In this document: positions 18,096-29,319 of the stretch, piece by piece
Layout of the letters: every line of letters begins with the position of its first letter
How positions within the stretch are numbered: position 1 is the stretch's first letter
Position numbers and translations under genes: made by a program
NCBI GenBank assembly: GCA_965660465.1
Contig: CBFIAI010000003.1
Location: 72,771-136,770 of the forward strand
DNA from: Coraliomargaritaceae bacterium
Lineage (GTDB): Bacteria > Verrucomicrobiota > Verrucomicrobiia > Opitutales > Coraliomargaritaceae
Reading direction: 5' to 3'
DNA length: 64,000 nt
The notes under the pieces: generated by a model
What the model saw: only the letters and a program-made list of their open reading frames with translations
Databases searched by the model: none
Told to the model about the DNA's origin: nothing

Positions 18096-18842
18096 CTATG
18101 GAATCCGTAACTCCTGTCCAACCCGCAGAGCATTCTCACTACTCATACGGTCTCGATTGGCCTGAAAAATATCCACCCAACGTGAGGTCGTGCCATAAAC
18201 CTTCCGGCTAATACCATTCAAAGTATCCCCCGACTGTACGGTGTAAGTTCGCGGAGGAGAGGCGCCGGATGTATTCGCCTGTGGTAACGGTGTAATGTTG
18301 TTAGAGACTTCTATCGGCGGGATTCTCCGGGCCTGTCCCATCATCCCTTCCAACTGTTGCACGCGTGACTCAGCAGCCATTAAGTCTTGCTTCAGGCTAT
18401 CGTTCTCCTCGCGAAGGTTTTTGATTAACTCCATCAAATCAAGACGATCCAACTGACCTTCAAAAGGTTGAGCCGGCAACTGACGCGCGAATTCCTTTTG
18501 TGCAGTTTCCATTAATTGACTGACTTCCCGGGCACGATCCGACTGCGGGTATAATTCCAGGTAACGACTAAAGTGGTAGTAAGCTCTTACCGGATCCCGT
18601 ATCTCACTGAGAAATATATAACCGGCCTCAAAGTGCGACTCCGGAGCGTCGCGGCGTGAATCGATCACCCCGAGAAATGCGTTCAGGGCATCCTCGGTAT
18701 TACCATTGCGGAGAAATAACTTACCCCGCTGGTATTGCTTCTCATCTGTCTCGCTGAGTAATTCCGTCTGAACCGGAGAGCAAGAAGCAATCACCATGAG
18801 TAAGAGCAAAGGAGCAAGAGTATATTGACGGAGCGATGGCAT
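18096..18842 (-). CDS. LysM domain lipoprotein with TPR-like and coiled-coil regions
   Basis: Lipobox VIASC and C-terminal LysM YTVQSGDTLNGISRKVYGTTSRWVDIFQANRD...GQELRIP. Confidence 0.85.
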   Translation of the reverse strand: MPSLRQYTLAPLLLLMVIASCSPVQTELLSETDEKQYQRGKLFLRNGNTEDALNAFLGVIDSRRDAPESHFEAGYIFLSEIRDPVRAYYHFSRYLELYPQSDRAREVSQLMETAQKEFARQLPAQPFEGQLDRLDLMELIKNLREENDSLKQDLMAAESRVQQLEGMMGQARRIPPIEVSNNITPLPQANTSGASPPRTYTVQSGDTLNGISRKVYGTTSRWVDIFQANRDRMSSENALRVGQELRIP

Positions 18843-18911
18843 AACGAAGATCAGTAAAGTATGTATTCAGGTTCTATTAAAGATGAAAGACAATCAAGCT
18901 TCCTCATTTAA

Positions 18912-19006
18912 GGCACCTCTGGAAACCGACCATGACCACGACGAGAGCCTTGCCTGCATCGCAAGAAAACGACCATCGCGCTTTACGGGAGGTTTCCAGA
19001 AGTGCC
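18912..19006. repeat. 95-bp interrupted inverted repeat (16-nt arms, 15/16 complementary)
   Basis: GGCACCTCTGGAAACC (18912-18927) pairs with GGTTTCCAGAAGTGCC (18991-19006), and an inner hairpin CTTGC-N7-GCAAG is present. It lies in the leader region of the LysM gene, 7 nt from MITE copy B. Confidence 0.55.
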
Positions 19007-19013
19007 CCCAAGG

Positions 19014-19245
19014 CCTGGATAATGCAATCGGATGAGATGTGTGCTTTGCAAATAAGGGCCAAGAGAGCGTATAAACATACGTGACTGCGGGGCCGATAGG
19101 CAGCAAAGTCCGCATCTCGCCGAAGAGTTTTTCCAACACCAGTTGGTGAACATATCTCTAATGCGACGCATTAGATATGTGGCTGATTCACAATCGCTTA
19201 GAAAGCTAGACCCCTCTTTAGGAAAACTCGTTTGCATAATTCGGG
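19014..19245. mobile_element. MITE-like element, copy B (232 bp)
   Basis: It aligns with copy A end to end. Termini are CCTGGATAATGCAATCGG and CGTTTGCATAATTCGGG, and the internal palindrome at 19150-19180 is shared. No matching flanking direct repeat (CAAGG versus GTCAT). It overlaps the last 9 codons and the stop of the 19218-20240 CDS. Confidence 0.6.
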
Positions 19246-20240
19246 GTCATTCCGCCGGGGTCCGGAGCCAAGAGAACCTTCCCCAGGCGCAGCTCACTCG
19301 TCCGAGTCAGCGCCTCCTTGAATCGATTCAACGAATAGACCTCCGCAACCGGCAAGCGCAATCGCCCATCACGCATTCGTTGATGCACCTGCGCTAGGAT
19401 CTCAGTGCACGCATCCGTTCCGTTTTCCCGAGACCATTGGTCCCACCAAAACCCGGTTAAACGAACATCCTTGAAAATCAACTCCCGCGTAGGGAAACGG
19501 ACCGGTTCCCGCAACACACCGCCGAAAGTCACCTGTGTACCCCCCTTGCCCAATGCCCGGATTTGGTCGAGCGCACTCTCCCCACCGACAGAATTCAAGG
19601 CTAGCTGTATCGGTTCACCGCCCGTTATTTCGTTTACCTGTTTATGCCATCCACTGGCAGACAAGACCACCTCATCCGCACCAAGGGCTTTCAATGGCTC
19701 GACTAATGATTCCCTGCGTACTTCGCTAATTGTCCGGTAGCCCATCTCTTTCGCTAGCTGAATAACACTTAAGCCGACTGCCGAATTCCCCGCATTTTGA
19801 AGGATCCATGCGCCCTTCGGAAGATCGAATCGCTGGGTCAACAAGCAGAAAGCCGTCGGTGGATTGATAAACGACTGCGCAGACTGCCCCAGCCCTAAGC
19901 CCTCCGGCACGACTTGCAAACTTTCCACCGGACAACAGGCAAATGCCTGCCAGGCACCCGTGTCGGGGAAGCGAACCCGAGTGCCGATCTCTACGCCCTC
20001 AACTCCGCAACCAATGGCCTCGACTTCACCGACACCCTCGCGCCCGGCCACAGCGGGCAACTCACGTAAGGTGCCGTAACTTCCTGCCACCATTCCAAAG
20101 TCGGATGGATTAATGTTTGCCGCCAATAGCTTCACTCGTACCTCACCAGCACCCGGCTCTGGAACCTCTGTATCCTCGAGGGACAAAACCTCCAGAGGGT
20201 TTCCATGACGCCGATAGACGATGGCTCGATTTTTCTTCAT
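19218..20240 (-). CDS. NADPH:quinone oxidoreductase / enoyl reductase-like MDR family protein
   Basis: MKKNRAIVYRRHGNPLEVLSLEDTEVPEPGAGEVRVKLLAANINPSD and the nucleotide-binding stretch NAGNSAVGLSVIQLAK. I chose the ATG at 20240. Confidence 0.85.
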   Translation of the reverse strand: MKKNRAIVYRRHGNPLEVLSLEDTEVPEPGAGEVRVKLLAANINPSDFGMVAGSYGTLRELPAVAGREGVGEVEAIGCGVEGVEIGTRVRFPDTGAWQAFACCPVESLQVVPEGLGLGQSAQSFINPPTAFCLLTQRFDLPKGAWILQNAGNSAVGLSVIQLAKEMGYRTISEVRRESLVEPLKALGADEVVLSASGWHKQVNEITGGEPIQLALNSVGGESALDQIRALGKGGTQVTFGGVLREPVRFPTRELIFKDVRLTGFWWDQWSRENGTDACTEILAQVHQRMRDGRLRLPVAEVYSLNRFKEALTRTSELRLGKVLLAPDPGGMTPNYANEFS

Positions 20241-20340
20241 GTCATCAAAATGAATACAGAAAGAGATCACGACAAAACATTATTGGTAAAGTGTATCCAT
20301 GGTTGCTCCAGCGTATTTATAAGCCCTATTCTTTGGGCAC

Positions 20341-22404
20341 ATGACAGACGGAACCGCATCCCAACATCCTTTCCTGAACGAAGACTTCGCCATTCGCTGG
20401 TCGACTCTCCTTCCAGATGCCATCGAACCAGACATCAGCCAAGCACTTGAAGATGCCTCGGCCGCAATCCAAGCCATCATTGAAAGCCCTCAGGCACCCA
20501 GCTACGAAAACACCTACCAAGCACTGGAACAGGCACTGGAGCGACTGCAACACGCCTGGGGTATGGTCGGTCATCTCGATTCCGTCTGCAATAGTCCAGA
20601 GCTTCGTGCCGCCTACAACGCCATGCTCCCGAAAGTGTCTGCATTCTTTGCAAAGATACCCCTGAACGAAGGGCTTTGGCAGGCATTAAAAGCTTTCGGA
20701 GAAGTTTCTGACCAGAGCGAGCTCACCCCGACCAAGCGCCGTCATGTCGCCGAGACTATGGCCGACTTCCGCGAACAGGGTGCCGACCTTCCGCCCGAGC
20801 AGAAAAAACGGGCTGCAGAAATTCAGCAACGCCTGTCTGAATTGACACAAAAATATTCGGAGAACTGCCTCGATGCAACCAATGCCTGGGAGGAGGTAGT
20901 CACCGATGAAGAATCCCTTTCCGGACTACCGGATTCCGCTCTGGCAGCAGCCCGTCAAAGCGCTCAGGACAAAGGGCACAAAGCTGGCTGGCGCTTCACT
21001 CTTCAAGCGCCTTCTTTTATCCCGGTCATGACTCATGCAGACAACGATGAACTGCGCCGTGAAGTCTGGCAGGCTTACAGCAATGTCGGGCGGATGGACC
21101 CCTGCGACAATCAACCAATCGTGCCGGAAATCCTCCGCCTGCGCCATGAATTTGCTCAGCTCATTGGACAAGAAAACTTTGCGGATCACGTAACCGCTCG
21201 ACGCATGACCGGTTCCGGACAAGCCGCCCTTGACTTCACCGATCGCCTGCATGGCCGATTAGTACAAGCCTTCGAGCAGGAGACTCAGGCCCTGCGAACC
21301 TTTAAGGCAGAAACGACAAATACACCGCTCGACTTACTCGAGCCTTGGGAGACGGCCTATTGGGCAGAAAAAATGCGCCGTGCCGAGTACGATTTTGATG
21401 AAGAGGCACTTCGTCCCTACTTCCCTATTGACCGTGTGATCAGCGGCCTCTTTGACATCGCCGGAACACTTTTCGACATACGCATTGAGGAGCGTACCGG
21501 CGTAGAAACTTGGCACCCCGAAGTGACGTTCTATGAACTATTCGACGCCACGACCGACGAACTGCTCGGCGCCTTCTATGCGGACTGGCATCCCCGGGAA
21601 TCCAAGCGAGGTGGGGCCTGGATGAACTTCCTCGCCACCGGGTCGCGCGAAGGAGCCAAACGCAGCCCGCACCTCGGCTTGATCTGTGGAAATCTCAGCC
21701 CTGCCGTTGAGGGGAAGCCGGCCCTCCTGTCCCACCGTGAAGTCGAAACGATTTTTCATGAGTTTGGCCATCTCCTCCACCACCTCTGCGGAGAGGTTGA
21801 AGTAAAGTCGCTCAATGGCGTGAATGTCGCCTGGGACTTCGTCGAACTGCCTTCTCAAATCATGGAGAATTGGTGCTGGGAGCGAACCAGCCTCGACCGC
21901 TTCGCCCGCCATTACGAGACCGGCGAAGTCATCCCGGATGAACTCTTTGAGAAAATGATGTCCGCGCGAAACTTCCGCAAAGCCGATACCAACGTACGGC
22001 AACTTGCCTTTGGAAAGATGGATCTCGACCTGCACATCCACTGGCCAACGGCAGAGAGCGCAGATCTGGAAGCTTTCGTTCGCGACCATCTGCATGGCTA
22101 TCGCGCGGAGTACAAGACCGAGCCGCCGACCAATGTTTTTCACTTCGGGCATCTCTTCAGTGATCCCACCGGATACGCCGCCGGATACTATAGCTACAAG
22201 TGGGCCGAAGTTTTGGACGCCGACGCGTTCAGCCGCTTCCGCGAGGAAGGCGTGCTCAACCCGAAAACCGGAGCGGATTTCCGCCATACAATCCTCGCCC
22301 GTGGCAACGCGGCTCCTCCTGCAGAACTGTTTCGCGACTTCATGGGTCGCGATCCGGACCCGGAGGCTCTTCTTTGTCGCGATGGACTGGAAAGTTCGCT
22401 TTAA
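20341..22404 (+). CDS. M3 family metallopeptidase (oligopeptidase A-like)
   Basis: 687 aa with the zinc motif TIFHEFGHLLHH and a downstream E in WDFVELPSQ. Confidence 0.9.
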   Translation: MTDGTASQHPFLNEDFAIRWSTLLPDAIEPDISQALEDASAAIQAIIESPQAPSYENTYQALEQALERLQHAWGMVGHLDSVCNSPELRAAYNAMLPKVSAFFAKIPLNEGLWQALKAFGEVSDQSELTPTKRRHVAETMADFREQGADLPPEQKKRAAEIQQRLSELTQKYSENCLDATNAWEEVVTDEESLSGLPDSALAAARQSAQDKGHKAGWRFTLQAPSFIPVMTHADNDELRREVWQAYSNVGRMDPCDNQPIVPEILRLRHEFAQLIGQENFADHVTARRMTGSGQAALDFTDRLHGRLVQAFEQETQALRTFKAETTNTPLDLLEPWETAYWAEKMRRAEYDFDEEALRPYFPIDRVISGLFDIAGTLFDIRIEERTGVETWHPEVTFYELFDATTDELLGAFYADWHPRESKRGGAWMNFLATGSREGAKRSPHLGLICGNLSPAVEGKPALLSHREVETIFHEFGHLLHHLCGEVEVKSLNGVNVAWDFVELPSQIMENWCWERTSLDRFARHYETGEVIPDELFEKMMSARNFRKADTNVRQLAFGKMDLDLHIHWPTAESADLEAFVRDHLHGYRAEYKTEPPTNVFHFGHLFSDPTGYAAGYYSYKWAEVLDADAFSRFREEGVLNPKTGADFRHTILARGNAAPPAELFRDFMGRDPDPEALLCRDGLESSL

Positions 22405-22418
22405 CAGATGACCACACG

Positions 22419-23345
22419 ATGAATCCATTCAATATGGCCGAGCGCATAAACCGTCGAACCAAGTCAACCTTTGGGTTCTGCATATTGATTGGTCTACTCT
22501 CGGTAAAAGTACTCCTGGCGCAAAGCCCGGTTTGGAAAGTTTCTCGAGGAGAGCATAGCTTTTATCTCGGCGGAACGTGCCATCTATTGCGGGCTACGGA
22601 CTATCCGCTACCGCAAGCATTCGAGCAGGGCTACAAAGAAGCGGATCGCCTTGCCTTTGAAGTCTCCCCCAAAGAGATGCAGGAGCCCTCCGCAGCAGGG
22701 AGAATGATGCAGGCGGGTGTATATGCGGAGAATAAGAGCCTACAGGACGTACTGTCGCCGGAGGTGTACGCTGCTCTGGCAGAACAGGGCGAGAAGCGCA
22801 GCTTGCCGATCGTCATGCTCAAAAACTTCAAGCCAGGTATCGCGGTAATGATGCTCACCATGCAGGAACTTGTCCGGAAAGGAATCAGCGTAGAAGGGGT
22901 TGACCTTTATTACAGCAATCGTGCCACGGAAGATGGCAAGCCAACGGAAGGCCTCGAGACGATTGATTTCCAAATCGACCTGCTCTGCAACATGGGGGCA
23001 GGCTATGAAAACGAATTTGTACGCTACTCCCTGGAGGACCTGAACAAACTCAATGAGATGATCGACCCGCTGCTCGACGCTTGGCGAGTCGGCGATACAA
23101 ACGAGATGGAAACGCTGTTCCTTAAAGACATGAAACGTTACCCAAAACTGTACCACGACTTGCTGGTAGCGCGTAACCAGCGATGGCTTCCGCGTTTCGA
23201 GGAATTTCTGGAAACTGAGGAAACCGAGCTTGTTCTCGTTGGCTTCGGTCACTTGGTGGGTGACGATGGCCTCATCTACCTTCTTCGCCAGCTGAACTGC
23301 ACAGTCGAATGCCTCCCGGCAAAGTCTACCGAGGAAGGGATATAG
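22419..23345 (+). CDS. TraB/GumN family protein
   Basis: Signal-like N-terminus, GGTCHLLRATDYPLP and VGFGHLVGDDGL motifs. I chose the ATG at 22419; the ORF-track start at 22200 overlaps the peptidase gene. Confidence 0.8.
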   Translation: MNPFNMAERINRRTKSTFGFCILIGLLSVKVLLAQSPVWKVSRGEHSFYLGGTCHLLRATDYPLPQAFEQGYKEADRLAFEVSPKEMQEPSAAGRMMQAGVYAENKSLQDVLSPEVYAALAEQGEKRSLPIVMLKNFKPGIAVMMLTMQELVRKGISVEGVDLYYSNRATEDGKPTEGLETIDFQIDLLCNMGAGYENEFVRYSLEDLNKLNEMIDPLLDAWRVGDTNEMETLFLKDMKRYPKLYHDLLVARNQRWLPRFEEFLETEETELVLVGFGHLVGDDGLIYLLRQLNCTVECLPAKSTEEGI

Positions 23346-23418
23346 AAACTAGACAATCCCCGTGCGTTTGCACTACTCATAGAACAACGACACAACTTCA
23401 ATAGAATCCCCCTCCATT

Positions 23419-23955
23419 ATGTCGCTCTTCCAAGCCACCCTCTATACGGGCCTCTTTCTCACTCTATTAGGCCTTCCATTCGTCTGGAAGAGTTCCGCCA
23501 TCAAAAAAACCGTACTGGACTTCCCCCGCTCAAATAATGCTGCCTACCTCTTGATGGGCGCGGCTTCCGCTTGGTTCCTCTATCATGTATGGCACCTCGG
23601 CCCCGCCGATTTTGGGCAGTACCGCTTGCCCCTATTCGGCCTCTTTCTTGTTGCCGCTCTTGGGTCCTTCCACTTTGTGCCGGACTTCCTCGCCGTACGC
23701 GGACTCGCCGCACTCATCTTGTTAACTGCAGGTACTTTACTGGATGCAGCCTATATGCAGGATCCTGCGGCACGGCTCTTTCTTGTTGGCTTTGTTTACG
23801 CAGCCATTGTCGTCGCACTCATTCTCGGGGCCAGCCCATACAAGTTGCGTGACTTCCTCAACTGGCTTTACCGCGGCAATTTGCGACCGGCCCTCTTCGG
23901 GGGCTTCTTTCTTGTCTATGGCTTGCTCCTCGTCGGAGTTGCTTTAACTTATTAA
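23419..23955 (+). CDS. hypothetical polytopic membrane protein
   Basis: 178 aa with about five hydrophobic segments. No recognisable motif. Confidence 0.5.
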   Translation: MSLFQATLYTGLFLTLLGLPFVWKSSAIKKTVLDFPRSNNAAYLLMGAASAWFLYHVWHLGPADFGQYRLPLFGLFLVAALGSFHFVPDFLAVRGLAALILLTAGTLLDAAYMQDPAARLFLVGFVYAAIVVALILGASPYKLRDFLNWLYRGNLRPALFGGFFLVYGLLLVGVALTY

Positions 23956-23959
23956 TTCT

Positions 23960-24607
23960 ATGACCGTAATGAAGGCTGCCCAAAGTACTGGCCTCTTGCT
24001 CATTGTTTCCGGCCCAGCCGGAAGCGGCAAAACGACGGTTTGTGATCGCTTGCTTGAAGCGTCGCCTGAACTTGAGCGCGTTGTTACAGCAACCACCCGC
24101 CCACCACGAGGGACGGAAAAAGACGGAATTGACTATCACTTTCTCGATGCCGCCAGCTTTGAGAAAAAAGCCAGCGAAGGCAATTTTTATGAGTATGCCC
24201 TAGTCCACGGCAATCGCTACGGCACCCTGAAAAGTGCTGTGCAGGACAAGCTGTTATCCGGAATCAATCTCCTGCTCAACATTGACGTACAGGGAGCTGC
24301 CAGCTTCCGCAAGACCGCGGGAGAGGATGCTCTACTGCGTGGTCATATGGCTACGGTTTTCATCCTCCCACCCGACATTAAAGAACTCGAACGCCGTTTA
24401 CGCGGGCGGGGTACCGATGCGAAAGAGGAAGTACAACGCCGCCTAATCGTGGCTAAAGAAGAAATCCAGCAAGCCGGTTTCTACGACTACGTACTGCCCA
24501 GCACAGACAAAGAAGAAGACTTTGTCCGGCTCTCTGCAATCTACCGGTCTGAGGGAATGCGGGTACGACCACTCAGCGCGAGTGGCGGGCCCAATACTTC
24601 TGCATAG
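23960..24607 (+). CDS. gmk: guanylate kinase
   Basis: P-loop [27 protein letters not shown] and NIDVQGA. Confidence 0.9.
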   Translation: MTVMKAAQSTGLLLIVSGPAGSGKTTVCDRLLEASPELERVVTATTRPPRGTEKDGIDYHFLDAASFEKKASEGNFYEYALVHGNRYGTLKSAVQDKLLSGINLLLNIDVQGAASFRKTAGEDALLRGHMATVFILPPDIKELERRLRGRGTDAKEEVQRRLIVAKEEIQQAGFYDYVLPSTDKEEDFVRLSAIYRSEGMRVRPLSASGGPNTSA

Positions 24608-25173
24608 AGAATCGCAACCCGGGCATCCCCGGGATTATTCAAGCGGCTGCGTACGGAGCCGGAAAAACTCCGTCTGGATCGACTGGGGCTGCGTCTGGAT
24701 TTCTGAGACGGCACGGCTAACCCACCCGCTTTTTTACGGATGGCCTCTGCCTGTTTACGAGTTTTCTCAATTTGGCGCTCCCGTTCCTCCATTTGCTGTT
24801 GGTAGGCATTGCCTGTCGCATCCCAGGAAAAACTCCCGGCAACTGGCGTGGAAACCATAGGCTCCGGCTCACGAGCAACGCGAGCCGCTGGCTTTGGCAT
24901 AACCTCCGGCCTGGGCCTGTGAGGCGGACTCATCGTCCGGGTGGGCTGAGGCTCCCCGGAAGGTGCATTTGGCCCGCCACGTCGCTCGAGAATCTTCCGC
25001 CGAATCGCCTCTTGAATCTCCCGCTGACGAGCTTGAATCGCTTCTTCTTCCTCCGTCGGTTGCCGCCGCTTACCAGGCGGCGACACATCTTCCTCCTTCT
25101 TCGACATCATATTGCCAAAGAAATAGATTGCCGCAAAAATCAGCGGAACGAGGATTTCGAAGATATTTTCCAT
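24541..25173 (-). CDS. hypothetical membrane-anchored, highly charged protein (last gene of the floA operon)
   Basis: N-terminal [17 protein letters not shown], then an Arg/Glu/Pro-rich low-complexity region. It starts 37 nt downstream of floA and overlaps the gmk 3' end by 67 nt (convergent). Coding status is not certain. Confidence 0.45.
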   Translation of the reverse strand: MENIFEILVPLIFAAIYFFGNMMSKKEEDVSPPGKRRQPTEEEEAIQARQREIQEAIRRKILERRGGPNAPSGEPQPTRTMSPPHRPRPEVMPKPAARVAREPEPMVSTPVAGSFSWDATGNAYQQQMEERERQIEKTRKQAEAIRKKAGGLAVPSQKSRRSPSRSRRSFSGSVRSRLNNPGDARVAILYAEVLGPPLALSGRTRIPSDR

Positions 25174-25210
25174 GGGACTTCCCTATCGGTAAAAAGAGAA
25201 AGTATCGGCC

Positions 25211-26251
25211 TTACTCGCCTTTCTCCTCACCCTTTGAAATCGAGTCACGCATATCGGTGTCGGCCTTGATGTTGTTCAGGCGGTAGTAATCCATCACCCC
25301 AAGGTTTCCACTGCGGAAAGCTTCGGCCAGAGCCAGAGGTACCTGTGCCTCAGCTTCAACCACCTTGGCTTGCATTTCCTCCACCCGCGCCTTCATCTCC
25401 TGCTCCAGGGCAACCGCGGCGGCACGGCGCATTTCTGCTTTCGCCTGAGCCACGTTCTTATCCGCCTCCGCTTGAGACTCCTGCAACTTAGCACCGATGT
25501 TTTCGCCCACATCGACGTCGGCAATATCAATCGAAAGGATTTCAAACGCAGTGCCCACATCGAGACCACGGTCGAGTACAACCTTGGAAATCGTATCGGG
25601 AGACTCCAGTACCGTCTTGTAAGAGTCGGACGAGCCAATGGTGGTAACAATTCCCTCACCCACACGGGCAATCACCGTCTCCTCCAAAGCGCTGCCCACA
25701 TAGTTTTCCAAATTCGAACGCACCGTCACCCGGGCGCGGGCTTTTACCTGAATGCCATCTTTCGCTACGCCGTCGATCGTCGAGCGACCACTCTGCGGGT
25801 TGGGGCACTCAATTACCTTCGGGTTAATCGAAGTACGCACCGCCTCGAGGACGGACTTGCCAGTACCCTTTGTTGCGAGATCAATCGCGCAGGCGCGTTG
25901 CCAGTCGAGTTGGATGTTCGCTTTGTCCGCAGCGATCAGAGCTTGTACAGTCTGTATAACATTACCTTCTGCGAGGTAGTGCGCTTCCAATCCATCCGAA
26001 TCCAGACTGATGCCAGCCTTCATTGCGGTGATACGAGCATCGACGATAAGAGAGGCCGGCACACCGCGCAGGCGCATGGCAACTAAGGTAGGAAAGCCCA
26101 CCGTAGCATTGGCCAAATACGACTTCACAAAAAGCCCGATATAGGTAACAAAAACCAGAGAGAGTACGAGCAGGACTAAGCCGAGTACTGCAGCGGCGGC
26201 AAGTTGCCAGCCAGCGAGTGCGAGTGGAAGATTCATGAGTGAATAGATCAT
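25211..26251 (-). CDS. floA: flotillin-like protein FloA (SPFH domain, UPF0365/YqfA family)
   Basis: From memory it resembles B. subtilis YqfA along its length. Examples: [79 protein letters not shown]. Confidence 0.9.
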   Translation of the reverse strand: MIYSLMNLPLALAGWQLAAAAVLGLVLLVLSLVFVTYIGLFVKSYLANATVGFPTLVAMRLRGVPASLIVDARITAMKAGISLDSDGLEAHYLAEGNVIQTVQALIAADKANIQLDWQRACAIDLATKGTGKSVLEAVRTSINPKVIECPNPQSGRSTIDGVAKDGIQVKARARVTVRSNLENYVGSALEETVIARVGEGIVTTIGSSDSYKTVLESPDTISKVVLDRGLDVGTAFEILSIDIADVDVGENIGAKLQESQAEADKNVAQAKAEMRRAAAVALEQEMKARVEEMQAKVVEAEAQVPLALAEAFRSGNLGVMDYYRLNNIKADTDMRDSISKGEEKGE

Positions 26252-26712
26252 GTTTTTTGGATGATTAATTTAAAAGAATCACGACCGACGATGCGCACAG
26301 TTGCATGCGCCTCGATATAGCCGTCGCGTGAGTAAGCTTCGTAGCTATCACCATCAAGCGAAACCCTGCCAGAGGGATTCAGGCGCGTCAACGTTTCACA
26401 GTCGCGGCCAATTAATATGGCTTCCTCCCGTTCAGCAGATGGCATCTTCCCTACAGTCGCCCGAAGAAACAAACCACGCCCCGCCGGCGATCGGATCCAC
26501 CAACGAAATTGCACAATCGCCAAGAGCAAGGCAGCGCTGGCCGTAGCGACAAACAAAATAAGCGCCGGGAAAAAACCGTAGTCTAAAAAGCATACGCCGG
26601 TAGCTACCAATAAACAAACTGCCGCGCAGACACCGAGAACACCGCCCGGCACGAAAACCTCCAGCGCAACCAGAACAAGTACTGCCAAAACGAGACCGAC
26701 GATCAGGCTCAC
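26248..26712 (-). CDS. NfeD family protein (membrane anchor plus C-terminal OB domain)
   Basis: Three or four TM segments followed by [27 protein letters not shown]...VRIVGRD. There are 4-nt ATGA-type overlaps with both neighbouring genes. Confidence 0.8.
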   Translation of the reverse strand: MSLIVGLVLAVLVLVALEVFVPGGVLGVCAAVCLLVATGVCFLDYGFFPALILFVATASAALLLAIVQFRWWIRSPAGRGLFLRATVGKMPSAEREEAILIGRDCETLTRLNPSGRVSLDGDSYEAYSRDGYIEAHATVRIVGRDSFKLIIQKT

Positions 26713-28211
26713 TCTGCTGCCTCCACCAAAAGATTAAAATCCTCTCGGCCAACGACACGCACACTTGCACCTCGGTCGATGATCCCAACTTCGCAACGCG
26801 CCTCATAGCGACGCTCACCCATCTCCACCAAGCCAGCCGGATGCAGTGGCGTTATCGCAACACCCGTCGCACCCACGGCCGGGAACTCGTCGCCAGCAGC
26901 TACCTCTTTATTTGGCTCAACTCCGGCTCCTTCTGAATCGCCCACGGCACTCGATAGAACCAGTGCGCCCTCAACTGCCGAACCTTTCAGTAAACGAGCC
27001 AAAACAATTGCGCCGAGCAGCGCGATAGACAGTCCATAGATAAGATTCACCGTTGGCTCGATAAACATCTCCCCGGAGATACTTCCAGTTCCCGCCGGCC
27101 AGAAATCCACCATGGCCCATAATAACGAGCCCAACATCAAAGCTATGCCGGGAACGGCCAAAAAGAGTACCCCAGGAAAGAAGAGCAACTCTGCCAGAAC
27201 GAGTACCACGCCTAACAGGAAAAAGACAATCGCCTCATTCCCCGCCATTCCGGCAACGTACTGGCTGATAAAAAACAATACGATTACCCCGATGCCGGCG
27301 ATTCCGAAGATTCCAAATCCCGGCGTCTTAAACTCGACAAATAATAACAACAGACCAATCCCCATCAGCGCCGGAGCAAACCCGTCCATCCACTTCGCAA
27401 TCATCTCCGAATAAGTTACTTTAAAATCCTTTATCTCGTATGACTGCTCTCCAATCCGCGAATCCAGCAAATCATCAATACTTTCAAATATCCCCGAACC
27501 GAGCAATGGACGCGGTGGATCCCCGTACTCCGCAACCGCTTCATTGGCCGTCAGAGTCAATAATTCATCCGCTGGCTTGATCACCACTTCCCCGACCTTC
27601 AACTCGTAGTCTTTATCCAGCATCGCACGAATCACCTGGCCACGCAGTACGTCTTCCTTGCTGATCACTCGTATCTTCGCACGCAGATAGCTCTCAATCT
27701 TTAAGCGAGCAGTCTCCGGAACATCCTCCCCTGTGCCCTGAATTACCGCAGATGCGCCAATCGTGCCCCGGGGCGCAAAATAAATTTCCTTCGTAGCTGC
27801 TGCAATAAAAGAGCCGGCTGATATCGCATCCACATTTACATAAGTCGCAGTAAGACCCTCAAAACGGTCAAGCATCTCCATCATTTCCAGACAAATATCC
27901 ACACGCCCACCGGGAGTATCCATATCCAGAATAACCATCTCCACATCGTTGGCGATCGCCTCCTTCAGTGCTCTGCGCAAAATAAACAGATTGGGCTGAC
28001 TTATCGGCCCCTCGATCGGGATAACATAAACATCCACCACGCCATCCTCCGCTTGCAGAACATAAGGGGATGGCAGCGGTGTAGATTCTGAAGCCTCCAC
28101 TTCAATCACCGATGACGGCATCTCTTTTTCCTCTGCTGGCAACCAGGAGCACGCGGCTACAGCGATGAACCAAGATGTAAGCAAAAACCGTTTATAGCCC
28201 ATAAATTCCAT
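26709..28211 (-). CDS. NfeD-like membrane-bound ClpP-class serine protease
   Basis: [25 protein letters not shown]...[13 protein letters not shown], a central TM bundle and a C-terminal OB domain ([24 protein letters not shown]). Confidence 0.8.
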   Translation of the reverse strand: MEFMGYKRFLLTSWFIAVAACSWLPAEEKEMPSSVIEVEASESTPLPSPYVLQAEDGVVDVYVIPIEGPISQPNLFILRRALKEAIANDVEMVILDMDTPGGRVDICLEMMEMLDRFEGLTATYVNVDAISAGSFIAAATKEIYFAPRGTIGASAVIQGTGEDVPETARLKIESYLRAKIRVISKEDVLRGQVIRAMLDKDYELKVGEVVIKPADELLTLTANEAVAEYGDPPRPLLGSGIFESIDDLLDSRIGEQSYEIKDFKVTYSEMIAKWMDGFAPALMGIGLLLLFVEFKTPGFGIFGIAGIGVIVLFFISQYVAGMAGNEAIVFFLLGVVLVLAELLFFPGVLFLAVPGIALMLGSLLWAMVDFWPAGTGSISGEMFIEPTVNLIYGLSIALLGAIVLARLLKGSAVEGALVLSSAVGDSEGAGVEPNKEVAAGDEFPAVGATGVAITPLHPAGLVEMGERRYEARCEVGIIDRGASVRVVGREDFNLLVEAAE

Positions 28212-28331
28212 AATATGTAAAAACCGTCATAGAAAGCAAGCACACCATCGCTAAAGGAATTATTCGGCGAACCGTTCGGCCAAATACTTTCTGTCTTTTC
28301 ATTCAGCTAAAAAGTTCCGATAAAACCCATC

Positions 28332-29258
28332 ATGCAATTAGTGGACTATCAAGGCGTGCAACTCCACCGCTGGCAATGCGGTCCCTCGACCTTTCTCGCT
28401 CGGCCGGAGGCCGGGGCCCGCTTAATAAACTGGAATCTGCGAATGCCGGACGGCTCCGTCCGCGATGTCATTCATTGGCCGGAGGATGCCGATATGTCTA
28501 ACCTGGCGAAAGTACGGGGTGGAAATCCAATCCTCTTTCCCTTTGCTGCACGGACCTTCCACGATGGCCAGGCCGGACAGTGGAAAGCACCCGATGGCGA
28601 GATTCGCCCCATGCCACGACACGGCTTTGCCCGCGATGGGCTCTTTGAACTGACGCAAACCACTGATTACGGATTTACCGCCGAGCTGCGTCCACGAGCA
28701 GAAGACGCCGAAGCCTACCCCTTTGACTATCGTTTCAGCGTACGCTATGAGTTTTCCGATATCTCCCTGCGTGCCTACCTGACGCTGGAAAACCTCGGCG
28801 ATGAACCCATCCCCTGGTCCGCCGGGCACCACTTCTACTTTACCATTCCCTGGCACTCCGGACTGAGTCGGGAAGATTACGAATTGGAAATACCCGCACG
28901 CAAGTGCTACACCCACGCACCCAACGGCAAGCTGCTACCCGAAGAAAAGGGCTGGGAAATGCCCGCCTCCTTTGATTCTACCCATATTTCCGACCGTATT
29001 TATACAAAGCTCAAAAGCGGACTGGCCACTTTCGGACCGCGTAGCGGGGAAGAAAAAGTCGGCATTCGCCTGCTCGACACCGCCGAGACTTACTCCACCT
29101 GGAACGCATTCGCAGTCTGGACGGAGCAGCCGGACAGCGCCTTCTACTGCGTTGAGCCATGGATGGGGCCGCCCAACGCGCCATCGCATGGTCATGGCCT
29201 CAATCTGGTGCAACCTCACTCAGCAGCAACCTTTTCCGTCGAAGTCGCCCTATTATAA
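28332..29258 (+). CDS. aldose 1-epimerase family protein
   Basis: [50 protein letters not shown] and CVEPW. Confidence 0.8.
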   Translation: MQLVDYQGVQLHRWQCGPSTFLARPEAGARLINWNLRMPDGSVRDVIHWPEDADMSNLAKVRGGNPILFPFAARTFHDGQAGQWKAPDGEIRPMPRHGFARDGLFELTQTTDYGFTAELRPRAEDAEAYPFDYRFSVRYEFSDISLRAYLTLENLGDEPIPWSAGHHFYFTIPWHSGLSREDYELEIPARKCYTHAPNGKLLPEEKGWEMPASFDSTHISDRIYTKLKSGLATFGPRSGEEKVGIRLLDTAETYSTWNAFAVWTEQPDSAFYCVEPWMGPPNAPSHGHGLNLVQPHSAATFSVEVALL

Positions 29259-29319
29259 GAGGGTAAGAAACTTCTCGAATTTCTTGTGCAGGCCGTCAAT
29301 ATGAGCAGGAAATTTTCTT

